Below are positions 39,093 to 48,543 of a stretch of DNA of 64,000 nt, one piece after another. The stretch is from an uncultured Alphaproteobacteria bacterium (GTDB taxonomy: Bacteria > Pseudomonadota > Alphaproteobacteria > Rs-D84). Numbering within the stretch: position 1 is the first letter of the stretch; each line of letters begins with the position of its first letter. A model generated the notes under the pieces. The model saw nothing but the letters and a program-made list of their open reading frames with translations, had not been told where the DNA came from and searched no databases. Position numbers and translations under genes: made by a program. The stretch is taken from the NCBI GenBank assembly GCA_944389495.1, contig CALXMN010000001.1, positions 78,012 through 142,011 of the forward strand, given 5' to 3'.

Positions 39093-39171
39093 CCCTAGAA
39101 AAAGGTTAAGGTAAAACACTTGACGAATATTTTTTGTACGGTATTTTGATTAAAAATAAAACGAGGATTCT

Positions 39172-40941
39172 ATGAAAATAAGCGAAATTTTGGGCAAACG
39201 CTATAAAGAAAAACCAAACGACGCAAAATTGAAAAGTCACGAATTGTTATTGCGTGGTGGTTATATTCGCCCCGTGGCCAGTGGAATATTTTCGGTTTTA
39301 TTACCTGGACGTAAAATCTTGCAAAAAATAGAAAACATTGTTCGACAAGAAATAAATAATGTCGGTGGACAAGAGGTAGAGATGCCACTTGTTCAACCAA
39401 AAGAACTTTGGCAAGAATCCGGCCGTTTCGAAGCGATTAATGAAGAACTGGTTCGTTTAAAAGATCGTAATGAACACGATATGGTCTTGGCAATGACGCA
39501 CGAAGAGGCGGCCGTTGCATTGGCGCGCACAGAGGCGACAAGTTACAAAGACTATCCATTTTCAATATATCAATTTGCAAAAAAATTTCGTGACGAGGCA
39601 CGGCCCCGCGGTGGATTAATACGTGTTCGTGAATTTACTATGAAAGATGCGTATTCTTTTCATAGAGATCAGAAAAGTTTAAACGAAACCTATGCGGATT
39701 ATGCAAAAGCATATGCGCGTATATTTGCTCGCGTTGGTATTCCAGAGGTAATATCGGTAAAATCTGACAGTGGGATGATGGGCGGAAATGTTTCTCACGA
39801 ATATATGCTATTAACCCCGTCCGGAGAAGATACTATAATAACTTGTTCTAATTGTTCTTACCGCGCAAACAAAGAGGTTGCCAAGGCCGTAATAGAACAC
39901 AAAAATACAGATGTTGATATATTACCACTGGAAAAGGTTCATACGCCCGGGACAAAAACAATAGAAGAAGTTGCAAAATTCCTTGATGTGGATGCAAGCA
40001 AAATCATAAAAACTGTGGTTTACAAACCGACTGCGCACGACGATCGTACGATTATCGTTATGTTACGTGGCGATAGAGAGGTTAACGAAAATAAACTGGC
40101 CAAGGTAATATTATCGACGCCTGAATTTGCAGATGATTCCGTTTTCGAGGCCAGCAATATAATTCCGGGTTTTGCTTCTGGATATAAAGCACGTAAAGCC
40201 CGCATCATTGCAGACGAGTCTTTAAATAATGAAAGAAATTTAATTGCGGGTGCAAACGAACAAGATTATCATTTTAAAAATTTTAACATTTCTCGGGATA
40301 TACCTGATGCAGAATTTTTTGATGTATCGATTGTTCAAGATGGTGACAGATGTCCGGAATGTGGGGCACCGATAAAAATAAATCGTGGTATAGAGGTTGG
40401 AAATATTTTCCAACTTGGTGACAAGTACACAAAAACAATGGGGATGACTTATACCAACGAAAATGGTGCTTTGCAGATTCCTATAATGGGTTGTTATGGT
40501 ATTGGCATCGGAAGATTGATGGCCAGTGTGGCAGAGGTAAAAAATGACGCCCGCGGTCCTATTTGGCCAATTTCTATTGCCCCGTGGGAGGTTTCTTTAA
40601 CGGCATTATCGCCAAAGGCCACTGATGACGCGACGGCAAAATCTGCCCAAAAAATATATGATGAAATGCAGCGGGCGGGGATTGATGTTTTATTAGACGA
40701 CAGAAATACCAGTGCCGGCGAAAAATTTGCTGATATTGATTTATTGGGGATACCGTTACAATTCGTAATCAGTCAAAGAACATTGGAACAGGGCAAAGCG
40801 GAATGGAAGGTTCGGGCCACGGGTGAAAAGGGGCTCATAGAACTAGATAAAGTCACATCTATGGCGCAAGAATGGATTCTGAAAGAAAAACAGAAAATTT
40901 CTCGGGATGCCGATATTGTTCAAAATGAAAGCGTTGAATAA
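39172..40941 (+). CDS. proS: Proline--tRNA ligase (long bacterial type with an insertion/editing domain)
   Basis: 589 aa. The N-terminus MKISEILGKRYKEKPNDAKLKSHELLLRGGYIRPVASGIF... carries class II motifs. Confidence 0.85.
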   Translation: MKISEILGKRYKEKPNDAKLKSHELLLRGGYIRPVASGIFSVLLPGRKILQKIENIVRQEINNVGGQEVEMPLVQPKELWQESGRFEAINEELVRLKDRNEHDMVLAMTHEEAAVALARTEATSYKDYPFSIYQFAKKFRDEARPRGGLIRVREFTMKDAYSFHRDQKSLNETYADYAKAYARIFARVGIPEVISVKSDSGMMGGNVSHEYMLLTPSGEDTIITCSNCSYRANKEVAKAVIEHKNTDVDILPLEKVHTPGTKTIEEVAKFLDVDASKIIKTVVYKPTAHDDRTIIVMLRGDREVNENKLAKVILSTPEFADDSVFEASNIIPGFASGYKARKARIIADESLNNERNLIAGANEQDYHFKNFNISRDIPDAEFFDVSIVQDGDRCPECGAPIKINRGIEVGNIFQLGDKYTKTMGMTYTNENGALQIPIMGCYGIGIGRLMASVAEVKNDARGPIWPISIAPWEVSLTALSPKATDDATAKSAQKIYDEMQRAGIDVLLDDRNTSAGEKFADIDLLGIPLQFVISQRTLEQGKAEWKVRATGEKGLIELDKVTSMAQEWILKEKQKISRDADIVQNESVE

Positions 40942-41238
40942 AGGGGCGCGAATTTATTATAAAAAGAAAATGCGTATTTTTTTCGTGTTGCTTACAATAT
41001 GGTATGATGTTTTAAAAAATACGGAACCCAACCAAAAATTTATGATGGTAATGTAATTTGTTTGCATACAAATTGCATCAGGAAAAATGGTTGGGTTCCT
41101 GTACCTACGCTTTGCAAAACTGCGTGTTGTCGAACCCGGGGCCTTATTATCCGCCCCACCGTCACATACTAAATACAGGAATTATCAGGTAATTTATTTT
41201 GTGTTTTGATAAATCGGCATAATATGCCAATTTTTAAC

Positions 41239-41769
41239 TTAATATCTGTTTGTCCTGGCTGCCCAGCCACGGCCATATCTTTCCCAACCCGCAAGACGTT
41301 TTAAATATTCAATGCGGTTTTTTATTAAAACTTCCATAAATCTATCAACTTGATTTTCAGGGATATTGTTCAGTGCTTGTATCGTTCGTGCGCCAATATT
41401 GCCATCCACGGCTAAATTTGTTCCCTGTGTTTCATTAATTGTGTTCTGTACCGTTCTGCCAACATTTGAATAATTACTCATAACCCCCATATCAAATATA
41501 GCGTGCGCTATGCGCGGATTGTCTATATCTCCAATATTCCTGTTATTATAGTACAGTTCCGTATAAATTTGTTCGGCGTGCCGTCCTGTCAGTTCTCTTA
41601 CATTTTCAGGGAATCCTGCTTTTGGGTGTCTTTGATTATATGTATTTAATGTTGGCTGGGTTATGCCATAATTTGTTGGCTGATCTATGCGATTTGGATT
41701 ATCTATATATCCGCCTTCTTCTGCCATCGTTTTACGTACAGATTCTTTACGAATTTTTTCTGCTGACAT
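41239..41769 (-). CDS. GH108-family lysozyme with a C-terminal PG_binding_3 domain (phage endolysin-like)
   Basis: N-terminal ...TMAEEGGYIDNPNRIDQPTNYGIT (catalytic EGGY...YGIT). C-terminal NLAVDGNIGARTIQALNNI. Confidence 0.6.
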   Translation of the reverse strand: MSAEKIRKESVRKTMAEEGGYIDNPNRIDQPTNYGITQPTLNTYNQRHPKAGFPENVRELTGRHAEQIYTELYYNNRNIGDIDNPRIAHAIFDMGVMSNYSNVGRTVQNTINETQGTNLAVDGNIGARTIQALNNIPENQVDRFMEVLIKNRIEYLKRLAGWERYGRGWAARTNRY

Positions 41770-42155
41770 ATTATTTGTTTCCTGTGTATTTTGATTATTT
41801 TCATCTGGTCAAGCATTTTTGTCTTCTGATTCTATTAACCTTGTAAGAGGGCCGGCATAGGCATCATTTTTATTCTCTTTTTATTTCTATAAACAAAGAG
41901 CCCCATAAACTGCCCATAAAATTTAATAATTTTGCGGGCCCTGGTAACGTTGGATAAAAAAACGGCGACAAATAATGTCGCCCTTACTCTTACTTTTTAT
42001 TATACCATAAATAAACATAAAAATCAACCCTAAACCGGCATCGGGAATTTGGGCAAGGTATATAAAGTGCGGAGATTTTGGAAAATTTGGCATAACCGGC
42101 GATATACGCTGGTAATATCGTGCAATAAAACCGCCGGAAACGGGGCAAAAAAGAA

Positions 42156-42180
42156 CATCCCGTGGAATTACCACGGGATG
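42156..42180 (-). terminator. Terminator downstream of tRNA-Ser
   Basis: CATCCCGTGG-AATTA-CCACGGGATG followed by TTCTTTTTT on the minus strand. Confidence 0.55.
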
Positions 42181-42191
42181 TCTAATTTTAG

Positions 42192-42281
42192 TGGCGGATG
42201 GGGAGGGATTCGAACCCCCGGTGGAGTTGCCCCCACAACGGTTTTCAAGACCGTCGCAATCGACCGCTCTGCCACCCATCC
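42192..42281 (-). tRNA. tRNA-Ser (anticodon TGA), long variable arm
   Basis: Hand-folded. GGATGGGTGGCAGAGCGGTCGATTGCGACGGTCTTGAAAACCGT...GGGGGTTCGAATCCCTCCCCATCCGCCA. Confidence 0.85.
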
Positions 42282-42493
42282 TAAACGTTTCCCCCGTAAA
42301 TTGGGGTGTCATTGTGTTATGATGTTCAAGCAATGCATCCTATTTTACATAAAAAAAAATTAAATGCAACGGCGAAAATAAAAAGGTTTGTTTTTTTACA
42401 AAATTGCCAAACCGCGTTTTATTTCATATTCTGCAAAGCCTGTTGAATAATATGCCGATCCTTGCGTTTGATTTTCCAGTTATCCAACGCATT

Positions 42494-42733
42494 TTAATAC
42501 AGTTCTCGTTTAGATTTCTCGAACTCGACCGGCATCAAATCACTTTTAATTGTGTTACAGATTTTATGTGCCGGCAATAAATTTGCGGCGGTATCACTGC
42601 CACCATAGTGCAGGGGAATATAGTGATCCAATGATATTTGTTGATTTGGCAAAATCGGCAGGCCACAAATGCTGCAAAACAAAGGTTGGATACATAATTC
42701 TATTTTCAGTTTAATCGTATATTTACGGTTCAT
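42494..42733 (-). CDS. HNH endonuclease (about 80 aa; a longer 136-aa form from 42904 is possible)
   Basis: HNH motif CSICGLPI...SLDHYIPLHYGGSDTAANLLPAHKICNTIK. Confidence 0.55.
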   Translation of the reverse strand: MNRKYTIKLKIELCIQPLFCSICGLPILPNQQISLDHYIPLHYGGSDTAANLLPAHKICNTIKSDLMPVEFEKSKRELY

Positions 42734-42893
42734 TACAGCCGTCACCTTTTTATATATACCCCCAAGGATATAGAAATTAATTTGCCCGTTCAATAAAAAT
42801 ATGGTTACAGCATATTTCTTTTTAAGAAAAAGCGTCTTGCAAAGAAACGCATAATTTGTTTTAATATAACCTTGTCGCAAGATGTTTTTATTA

Positions 42894-42921
42894 AAACGCC
42901 CCATTAATTTATGGGGCGTTT
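42894..42921 (-). terminator. Terminator after the OMP gene (minus strand)
   Basis: AAACGCCCCA-TTAATTT-TGGGGCGTTT. Confidence 0.5.
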
Positions 42922-42945
42922 CATTATTATGCGCTTGCCGTATGT

Positions 42946-43773
42946 TCAGAATGAATAACGTGCGCCAATTTTAATTTCGTGCGCATATACAAATTCATCG
43001 GCAACGGTCGAAGAATTAAAGCGGTATCCGATATCTAATGCCCAATCTTCATTAAAATTATATACCGCGCCCAATCCAACTTGCCATTCAAAGCGATACA
43101 GGGTATCGTTTGCAACCTCCATTTCGACTTCGTACCGGGCCAATTCTTGTGGAATCTGTGCGGCGGCACCCTGCATTATCATATCGCCCATTGCGCCCAT
43201 ATTTCCGGCAATTTCCGCCAGGCCAAGCATCAACGCATCTTCGTCAAAATCAAATTCTACGGTTGTCTTTTGATGGTATACACCAAAACCAACACCGGCG
43301 CCGATATACGGGGTCCAATTTGAATTTGCCAATTCGAAATCATAGTATACGTTTGCCAAATAAGAATTATGACGCACAGACGTCGATGTTTCAATTTCGG
43401 TTGGAATGTTCAATGCACCGATCATCGGCACACCCGTTTTCGGCAGATTCCCATCATAGATTTCATAGTCGTCTTCGGATGCGCTGCGAATTGCAACCTC
43501 AAGTTCTGCGCGAACATTATCGATTTTCACACCGGCGGTAATTTCGCCCGCGAACGCCATATCAAAGCCCATATCATCACCGGCGTTTGGTTTAAATGCG
43601 GCGTAAATATTTTCTATGTCTGACACCTTGGTCGCATCGAACGCAACACGCTTGGCGGATGTTCCGGCCTTGTCCACAACAATACCCAAACCAACATATG
43701 GTGTAATTTCCGCCGCAATTGCCGCGGGTGTGAACAAAACTGCCGCCAAAAATAAAGCGATTTTCTTTTTCAT
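42946..43773 (-). CDS. Outer-membrane beta-barrel protein (OmpA/opacity-like barrel)
   Basis: Signal peptide MKKKIALFLAAVLFTPAAIAAE and a C-terminal ...IGARYSF. Confidence 0.5.
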   Translation of the reverse strand: MKKKIALFLAAVLFTPAAIAAEITPYVGLGIVVDKAGTSAKRVAFDATKVSDIENIYAAFKPNAGDDMGFDMAFAGEITAGVKIDNVRAELEVAIRSASEDDYEIYDGNLPKTGVPMIGALNIPTEIETSTSVRHNSYLANVYYDFELANSNWTPYIGAGVGFGVYHQKTTVEFDFDEDALMLGLAEIAGNMGAMGDMIMQGAAAQIPQELARYEVEMEVANDTLYRFEWQVGLGAVYNFNEDWALDIGYRFNSSTVADEFVYAHEIKIGARYSF

Positions 43774-43970
43774 TGTTTCTCCTTAAAATTCTGTCAACAG
43801 GTAAAAATACCTATTGCAAACTATCCCATATAAAAAAATAAGTCAAATAAAAAATGATTTTTTCTTTTGGTGCGGCGCCTTTTTTGTGGACGACAAAGAT
43901 TTTTTATATAATTGATGCGTATAAATTTACCGCCGACTGTTCGCCATAATCATAATGCGTTTGGGGCGTT

Positions 43971-45560
43971 TTACACAAACTTTTCCGGAACCAAATTAGT
44001 TATAATTTTCAGCGCCCGTCTGAATATCGATGTGTTTGGGCTGTGGTGATACACCCGTGGTTTTTTATCGCCGGGGCGACTGCCGGTCCAGACGGGTTCG
44101 CCGTCCGCATCCAGTGTTACCCGCCACGATGTTTTTGTATCACGTATAATCATCTCGCGCAGTTTATCGGCGAATTCACGACTTTCAAATATTGCGACAT
44201 TTTCTGTGTTGTAATACGCGCTGCGCGGGTCCAGATTAAAACTGCCTATCCAGGAAATATCATCATCAAACACAATTGTTTTGCTGTGCAGAACGGAAAA
44301 ACTGGATTGTTTGCGTTCGCGGTCGTGTTGTTGACCACGCAGATTTTCCGCCGACAACATAAATTCATACACATCCGCCCCAGATTCTATTAATTGTTTT
44401 CTGTATTTTTCCCATTTTGCATATACCGTTGGTGCGTTTGTCGACGCCAGCGAGTTTGTCACAATCGTCATATGAACGCCGGCATTTTCTTCGCGCAGCA
44501 TATGATCCAATCCTCCCTGGCCGGGGACAAAGTACGCCGCGGACATATATACGGAATCGCGTGTTTCGTCCCACAATTTTTGTAATGCCTGGACTATGTC
44601 GCCCCGATATTGTTCTTTTTCCGCCATAGACATTTCGACCTTGGACGGTGGGTCGGCCAAGAATTTACCGTGCCCCCAGCTGAAATCGAATTTTTTATTT
44701 TTATATTCACGCTGGGCCAGGGAAATAATTTTGTTGTATTCACGAATGGCGTCTGCGCTGGTTTGTTCGATTTCTTCGAATTTCTGTTCCAGTTTGCGCA
44801 TTGCGCGTTTTGACTTTGCCTTGGGGAAAACGGCGGCGGGTATTGACAAGTGGTAATCCCAGTATTCGTCAAAACTGGCGGTGGCATATCGTGTCATATC
44901 GCCAATGAACAAAACGTCCGTATCTGAAAAATTAGATGCCGTTTCCGGATAAAAATAGTTGCTGCCTACGTTACGGCCGCCGGTTATATATGCAACATTG
45001 TCTACAATAAATAACTTGTTATGCATACGCGAGTTCAGTCGGTTAAAGTCCAACAAAAACTGGGGATAATATAACAGACGTGAACGATTTGCGACGGGGT
45101 TAAAAACCTTGACTTCTATGTTTGGATGCTGGTTCAGCAGCATAACGTCAACAATATCAGATTTGGTTCCATAATCATCCAACAATATGCGAATTTTTAC
45201 CCCGCGGTCTGCGGCGCGTTTCAGTTCGCCGATTAACACCTTGGATGAAAAATCGTTGCTGTAAATATATGTTTGCAGATCAATTGTTTTTGTTGCCATA
45301 CGTGCAAATGCGGCCCGAATAACAAATGCAGATAATCCATCTTCGATAAGTGTTGCGCCACTGATTTTCGTATCGCGCCCCAGTTCCTGGGCATAGCATT
45401 GTGCAATCGGCGTTTTCATTGGGTCGAAATCAAAGTCCGTGGGCGTAATCTTGGGGGTATAGTTGGCCAACCGTTCATCATTTGTTGTTGTTGGTACGGT
45501 TGTACATCCCAAAAAGGGCAGGGTAAAGATAAACAAAGAAACCTTTTTTAACAAAGACAA
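43971..45560 (-). CDS. Phospholipase D-family lipoprotein with two HKD motifs (cardiolipin synthase-like)
   Basis: Lipobox LPFLGC. HKD motif 1 is MHNKLFIVDN and HKD motif 2 is LHSKTIVFDD. Confidence 0.7.
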   Translation of the reverse strand: MSLLKKVSLFIFTLPFLGCTTVPTTTNDERLANYTPKITPTDFDFDPMKTPIAQCYAQELGRDTKISGATLIEDGLSAFVIRAAFARMATKTIDLQTYIYSNDFSSKVLIGELKRAADRGVKIRILLDDYGTKSDIVDVMLLNQHPNIEVKVFNPVANRSRLLYYPQFLLDFNRLNSRMHNKLFIVDNVAYITGGRNVGSNYFYPETASNFSDTDVLFIGDMTRYATASFDEYWDYHLSIPAAVFPKAKSKRAMRKLEQKFEEIEQTSADAIREYNKIISLAQREYKNKKFDFSWGHGKFLADPPSKVEMSMAEKEQYRGDIVQALQKLWDETRDSVYMSAAYFVPGQGGLDHMLREENAGVHMTIVTNSLASTNAPTVYAKWEKYRKQLIESGADVYEFMLSAENLRGQQHDRERKQSSFSVLHSKTIVFDDDISWIGSFNLDPRSAYYNTENVAIFESREFADKLREMIIRDTKTSWRVTLDADGEPVWTGSRPGDKKPRVYHHSPNTSIFRRALKIITNLVPEKFV

Positions 45561-45755
45561 TTTATAAAAACCTCTTGGTCGGGATTATAATATATACCAC
45601 AATAATATCGCAAGTCAAATTCATTAAAAAGTTTAATAATCCGAAAAAGTTCCTTGAAAACGCGGATAAAAAAACAGAAAGACGCTTGTTTTTTTTTGTT
45701 TGCGCAATTTTTGGTAATGTGATAAAATCTAGTGTAATAGAAGGGAAGATTTTAA

Positions 45756-47954
45756 ATGAAAAGATTAATCGCCGTATTAAGTGGATTGCTGGTTCTGCCC
45801 GCATTTGCAGAGATTGCGCCCGCGTATTACTACGAAGAATTAATGGCGCAATATGCGGATGAAATGCCGAATGCGGAATTCGTTGATGACGTTGTTGTCG
45901 ACGATGACGTGGACACGACTGATACGGAAACGGAAAAGCCGGTTACCCCGGTTACCCCCACCGTGGCCAGTCCGCGTAACACAAACGGCCGTGCGGCGGC
46001 ATCGCGTGCGATTACATCTGCAACGAATGCAACTGGTCGCAATGTTGCGGCACGTAATGTAACGAATGCGACAACTGCGCGTACAGTATCGGCGCGTCCA
46101 ACAACCGTGGTAACGAAAACGAACACCGCATCACGTACGGCCACAACGGCGGCATCGCGTGCATCTGTGTCGCGTGCGGGCACATCTCGTGCGACGGCAA
46201 CAAATACGGTCGCCAATCGCCCCAGTGTAACGGTGCGTTCAACGGGTGCGGCCGCCACGGCCAAGGCGACGCCGGGTGTTACAACGCGTAACACGGTCAA
46301 GAATACCGGAAACACTGCGCGTGCATCGATTGTCCAAACGGATACGGTTAATACCCCGTTATATATCAGCAGTCGCGTTGGTGTAACCAATCCGTCAAAT
46401 GTTACGACCCGTGTTCCAACAATTCGTGTTGGTTCGGCAACCACGGTTGGCACAACAAGTTCGTCGACAACGACCGAGTCTGCTACTGCTACATCCAGTA
46501 CGTCTATTGACGAGTTGGCGCAATTAACGGATTATTGCAAGGCGCAATATGTTGCCTGTATGGATAATTTCTGTAATGTTTTGGACGATAACCAGGGACG
46601 TTGCAGTTGCAGTGCAAACCTTGACAATTATGCCGAGACCGAGGCTGCATTAAAGCAGGCCACCGAAGATTTACAGGATGTTGCATTGCAAATTCAATAC
46701 ATCGGCCTTTCCGCGGACGAGGTTGAAACCTTGTTCACCCAGACCGAGGCCGAACTTGAAATGCAAACATCGACCGATAACAGCCAGTTAAAGAATGACC
46801 TGGATAAAATCAAAAATATGATTATCGATGTTAAATCGGGTACGCCGTCGACATCTTCGGGAATGAGTTTTGATTTGTCCGGCTTATTGGACTTTACAAT
46901 TGACAGCACAGGATTTAATTTAAGCACTCTGTTGGGCAGTATGAGTGGTAATAACGACAGCATCAGTAACCAGCGTGGCGAACAGTTGTACGATACGGCA
47001 ACGGCGCGGTGCAAGGCGGCGGTTCTGAACAGTTGCTCGGCCCAGGGTGTTGATACCACAATCATTACCAATTCATATGATTTGGAAATTGACAAGGCGT
47101 GTATCCAATATGAACGTGCATTAACGGATTCCAATGAACAGATGTCGTCCACCGTTCGTAACGCAAAAAGCGTTCTCCAGCGTGCGCGTCTGTTGGTGGC
47201 CCAGCAAAAGAATCAATATGACCTGCGTGGCTGTGTAAATGCGTTGGATACCTGTATGCAGGATGATTTCGTATGCGGCGATGATTACGAAAACTGTTTG
47301 GATCCAACCGGCAAGTTTATCGTCAGTGGCGAGGTTGTCGTCGGCAGTAAGCCCGGTGCCCCCGGTTATGAAGAGGCCGAAATATACAAAACTTGGACCT
47401 ATGAATCCACCGATGGTGGCGGTACTTCGCTGAATGCGTGGGGACTGGGGACGGACGGTAATTTAAGTGATTATATTGCCAAGACGGTTGCCGGCAAGTT
47501 ACCCGAAGCAACGTCGACCAATATGTCTGCATTCCTTCAGAACAAGATTGGTTATCACGACGATGATGATGGCAAAGATTACGGTATGTGTATGTCGGTC
47601 TTGAACAGATGTCAAGATGTTACATATACCGGCAGCGGTCAAAATTCTAAATATAATCCACAGAATAATGTGATTAAAGAATTTTTGAATCGCACAATGG
47701 TTCAAATCAAATCGTCCCAGGATACAATTCTGGCGGATTATGCGGAAAATTGCATAACAGATGTTGCATCCTGTTTGGCCCAGAACAATTATGATGCCGA
47801 TGAAACGGTTTCTGCATCCAAAGGAAACCAGTTGGCAATCAAGGCCTGTAATCCGATTATCACAACGTGTATGAGTGTGAATGATGTCAAGGGCGAGGCA
47901 ACAACCGCCGGCCTGACCGCGGACGAGTGGATAGAACAGATTATGAATAACTAA
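45756..47954 (+). CDS. Secreted protein with a long Thr/Ala/Arg/Asn-rich low-complexity region and a C-terminal Cys-rich domain
   Basis: Signal peptide MKRLIAVLSGLLVLPAFA. It has about 250 aa of imperfect T/A/R/S/N repeats and a C-terminal domain with about 20 Cys (DYCKAQYVACMDNFCN...). Confidence 0.45.
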   Translation: MKRLIAVLSGLLVLPAFAEIAPAYYYEELMAQYADEMPNAEFVDDVVVDDDVDTTDTETEKPVTPVTPTVASPRNTNGRAAASRAITSATNATGRNVAARNVTNATTARTVSARPTTVVTKTNTASRTATTAASRASVSRAGTSRATATNTVANRPSVTVRSTGAAATAKATPGVTTRNTVKNTGNTARASIVQTDTVNTPLYISSRVGVTNPSNVTTRVPTIRVGSATTVGTTSSSTTTESATATSSTSIDELAQLTDYCKAQYVACMDNFCNVLDDNQGRCSCSANLDNYAETEAALKQATEDLQDVALQIQYIGLSADEVETLFTQTEAELEMQTSTDNSQLKNDLDKIKNMIIDVKSGTPSTSSGMSFDLSGLLDFTIDSTGFNLSTLLGSMSGNNDSISNQRGEQLYDTATARCKAAVLNSCSAQGVDTTIITNSYDLEIDKACIQYERALTDSNEQMSSTVRNAKSVLQRARLLVAQQKNQYDLRGCVNALDTCMQDDFVCGDDYENCLDPTGKFIVSGEVVVGSKPGAPGYEEAEIYKTWTYESTDGGGTSLNAWGLGTDGNLSDYIAKTVAGKLPEATSTNMSAFLQNKIGYHDDDDGKDYGMCMSVLNRCQDVTYTGSGQNSKYNPQNNVIKEFLNRTMVQIKSSQDTILADYAENCITDVASCLAQNNYDADETVSASKGNQLAIKACNPIITTCMSVNDVKGEATTAGLTADEWIEQIMNN

Positions 47955-47957
47955 ACC

Positions 47958-47982
47958 AACGGGGCAAACGCCCCGTTTTTTA
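47958..47982 (+). terminator. Rho-independent terminator
   Basis: AACGGGGC-AAA-GCCCCGTT plus T6. Confidence 0.7.
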
Positions 47983-47989
47983 TTGAATC

Positions 47990-48018
47990 TTGACGCGTTT
48001 GATACAATTTTATAATAT
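47990..48018 (+). promoter_or_regulatory. Sigma70 promoter TTGACG with TATAAT/TAATAT
   Basis: Read directly upstream of ogt. Confidence 0.45.
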
Positions 48019-48024
48019 TTTTGT

Positions 48025-48543
48025 ATGTTAAAATCACAAATTTTTATTGATACATACTTGTCACCGGTTGGAAAGTTGGTATTGGCGACACGTGATGCAT
48101 TTTCTTTGACGGGATTATGGATTGACGGGCAAAAATACTTCTGTGCGGGGTTGGATATGGGAAACAGGGTATGTCAAGACAATATACCCGTTTTTAATGC
48201 AACGAAACGATGGCTGGATGCATATTTTGCGGGGCACCCGGGTAACATATATGATTTAAATTTATCGCCAACGGGCGGCGAATTTCGTCAATCTGTGTGG
48301 CGGGCATTGTGTGACATCCCATACGGCACAACGGCAACATATGGCGATATTGCGCAAATGGTTTCTGTGTGCACGGGGCGTGCAACATCGCCGCGTGCGG
48401 TTGGTGGTGCGATTGGTCATAATCCAATATCAATAATAATTCCGTGTCATCGTGTTGTTGGCGCAAACGGTAACTTGGTCGGTTATGCGGGCGGATTGGA
48501 TATAAAGAAAAAACTTCTTATGGCCGAAGGGGTAAATTTATGA
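48025..48543 (+). CDS. ogt: Methylated-DNA--protein-cysteine methyltransferase
   Basis: IPCHRVV active-site motif. Confidence 0.8.
   Translation: MLKSQIFIDTYLSPVGKLVLATRDAFSLTGLWIDGQKYFCAGLDMGNRVCQDNIPVFNATKRWLDAYFAGHPGNIYDLNLSPTGGEFRQSVWRALCDIPYGTTATYGDIAQMVSVCTGRATSPRAVGGAIGHNPISIIIPCHRVVGANGNLVGYAGGLDIKKKLLMAEGVNL

Larger units (their letters stand above)
41239..42733. mobile_element. Degenerate phage-derived patch around tRNA-Ser (lysozyme plus HNH endonuclease; no integrase seen)
   Basis: A phage-type endolysin and an HNH nuclease flank the tRNA gene. AT-rich, structured spacers surround them. Confidence 0.35.

Noticed and set aside
40942-41238. Possibility that the proS-lysozyme spacer encodes tmRNA, 4.5S/SRP RNA or 6S RNA.
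   Set aside because: No tRNA-like acceptor/T-arm with CCA and no resume-codon tag region. It lacks the SRP domain-IV GGAA tetraloop motif and has no long 6S-type bulged helix. It is kept only as an unclassified structured element.
41923-42363. ORFs 41923-42333 (-) and 42049-42363 (+), which span the tRNA-Ser locus.
   Set aside because: They overlap a well-folded tRNA gene and its terminator. Composition reflects tRNA sequence, e.g. GGWGGIRTPGG derives from the T-arm.
45830-46453. 207-aa minus-strand ORF inside the T/A/R-rich region of 45756-47954.
   Set aside because: It is an antisense artefact of the GC-rich codon repeats (ACG/GCG/CGT read as Arg/Val/Ala on the other strand).
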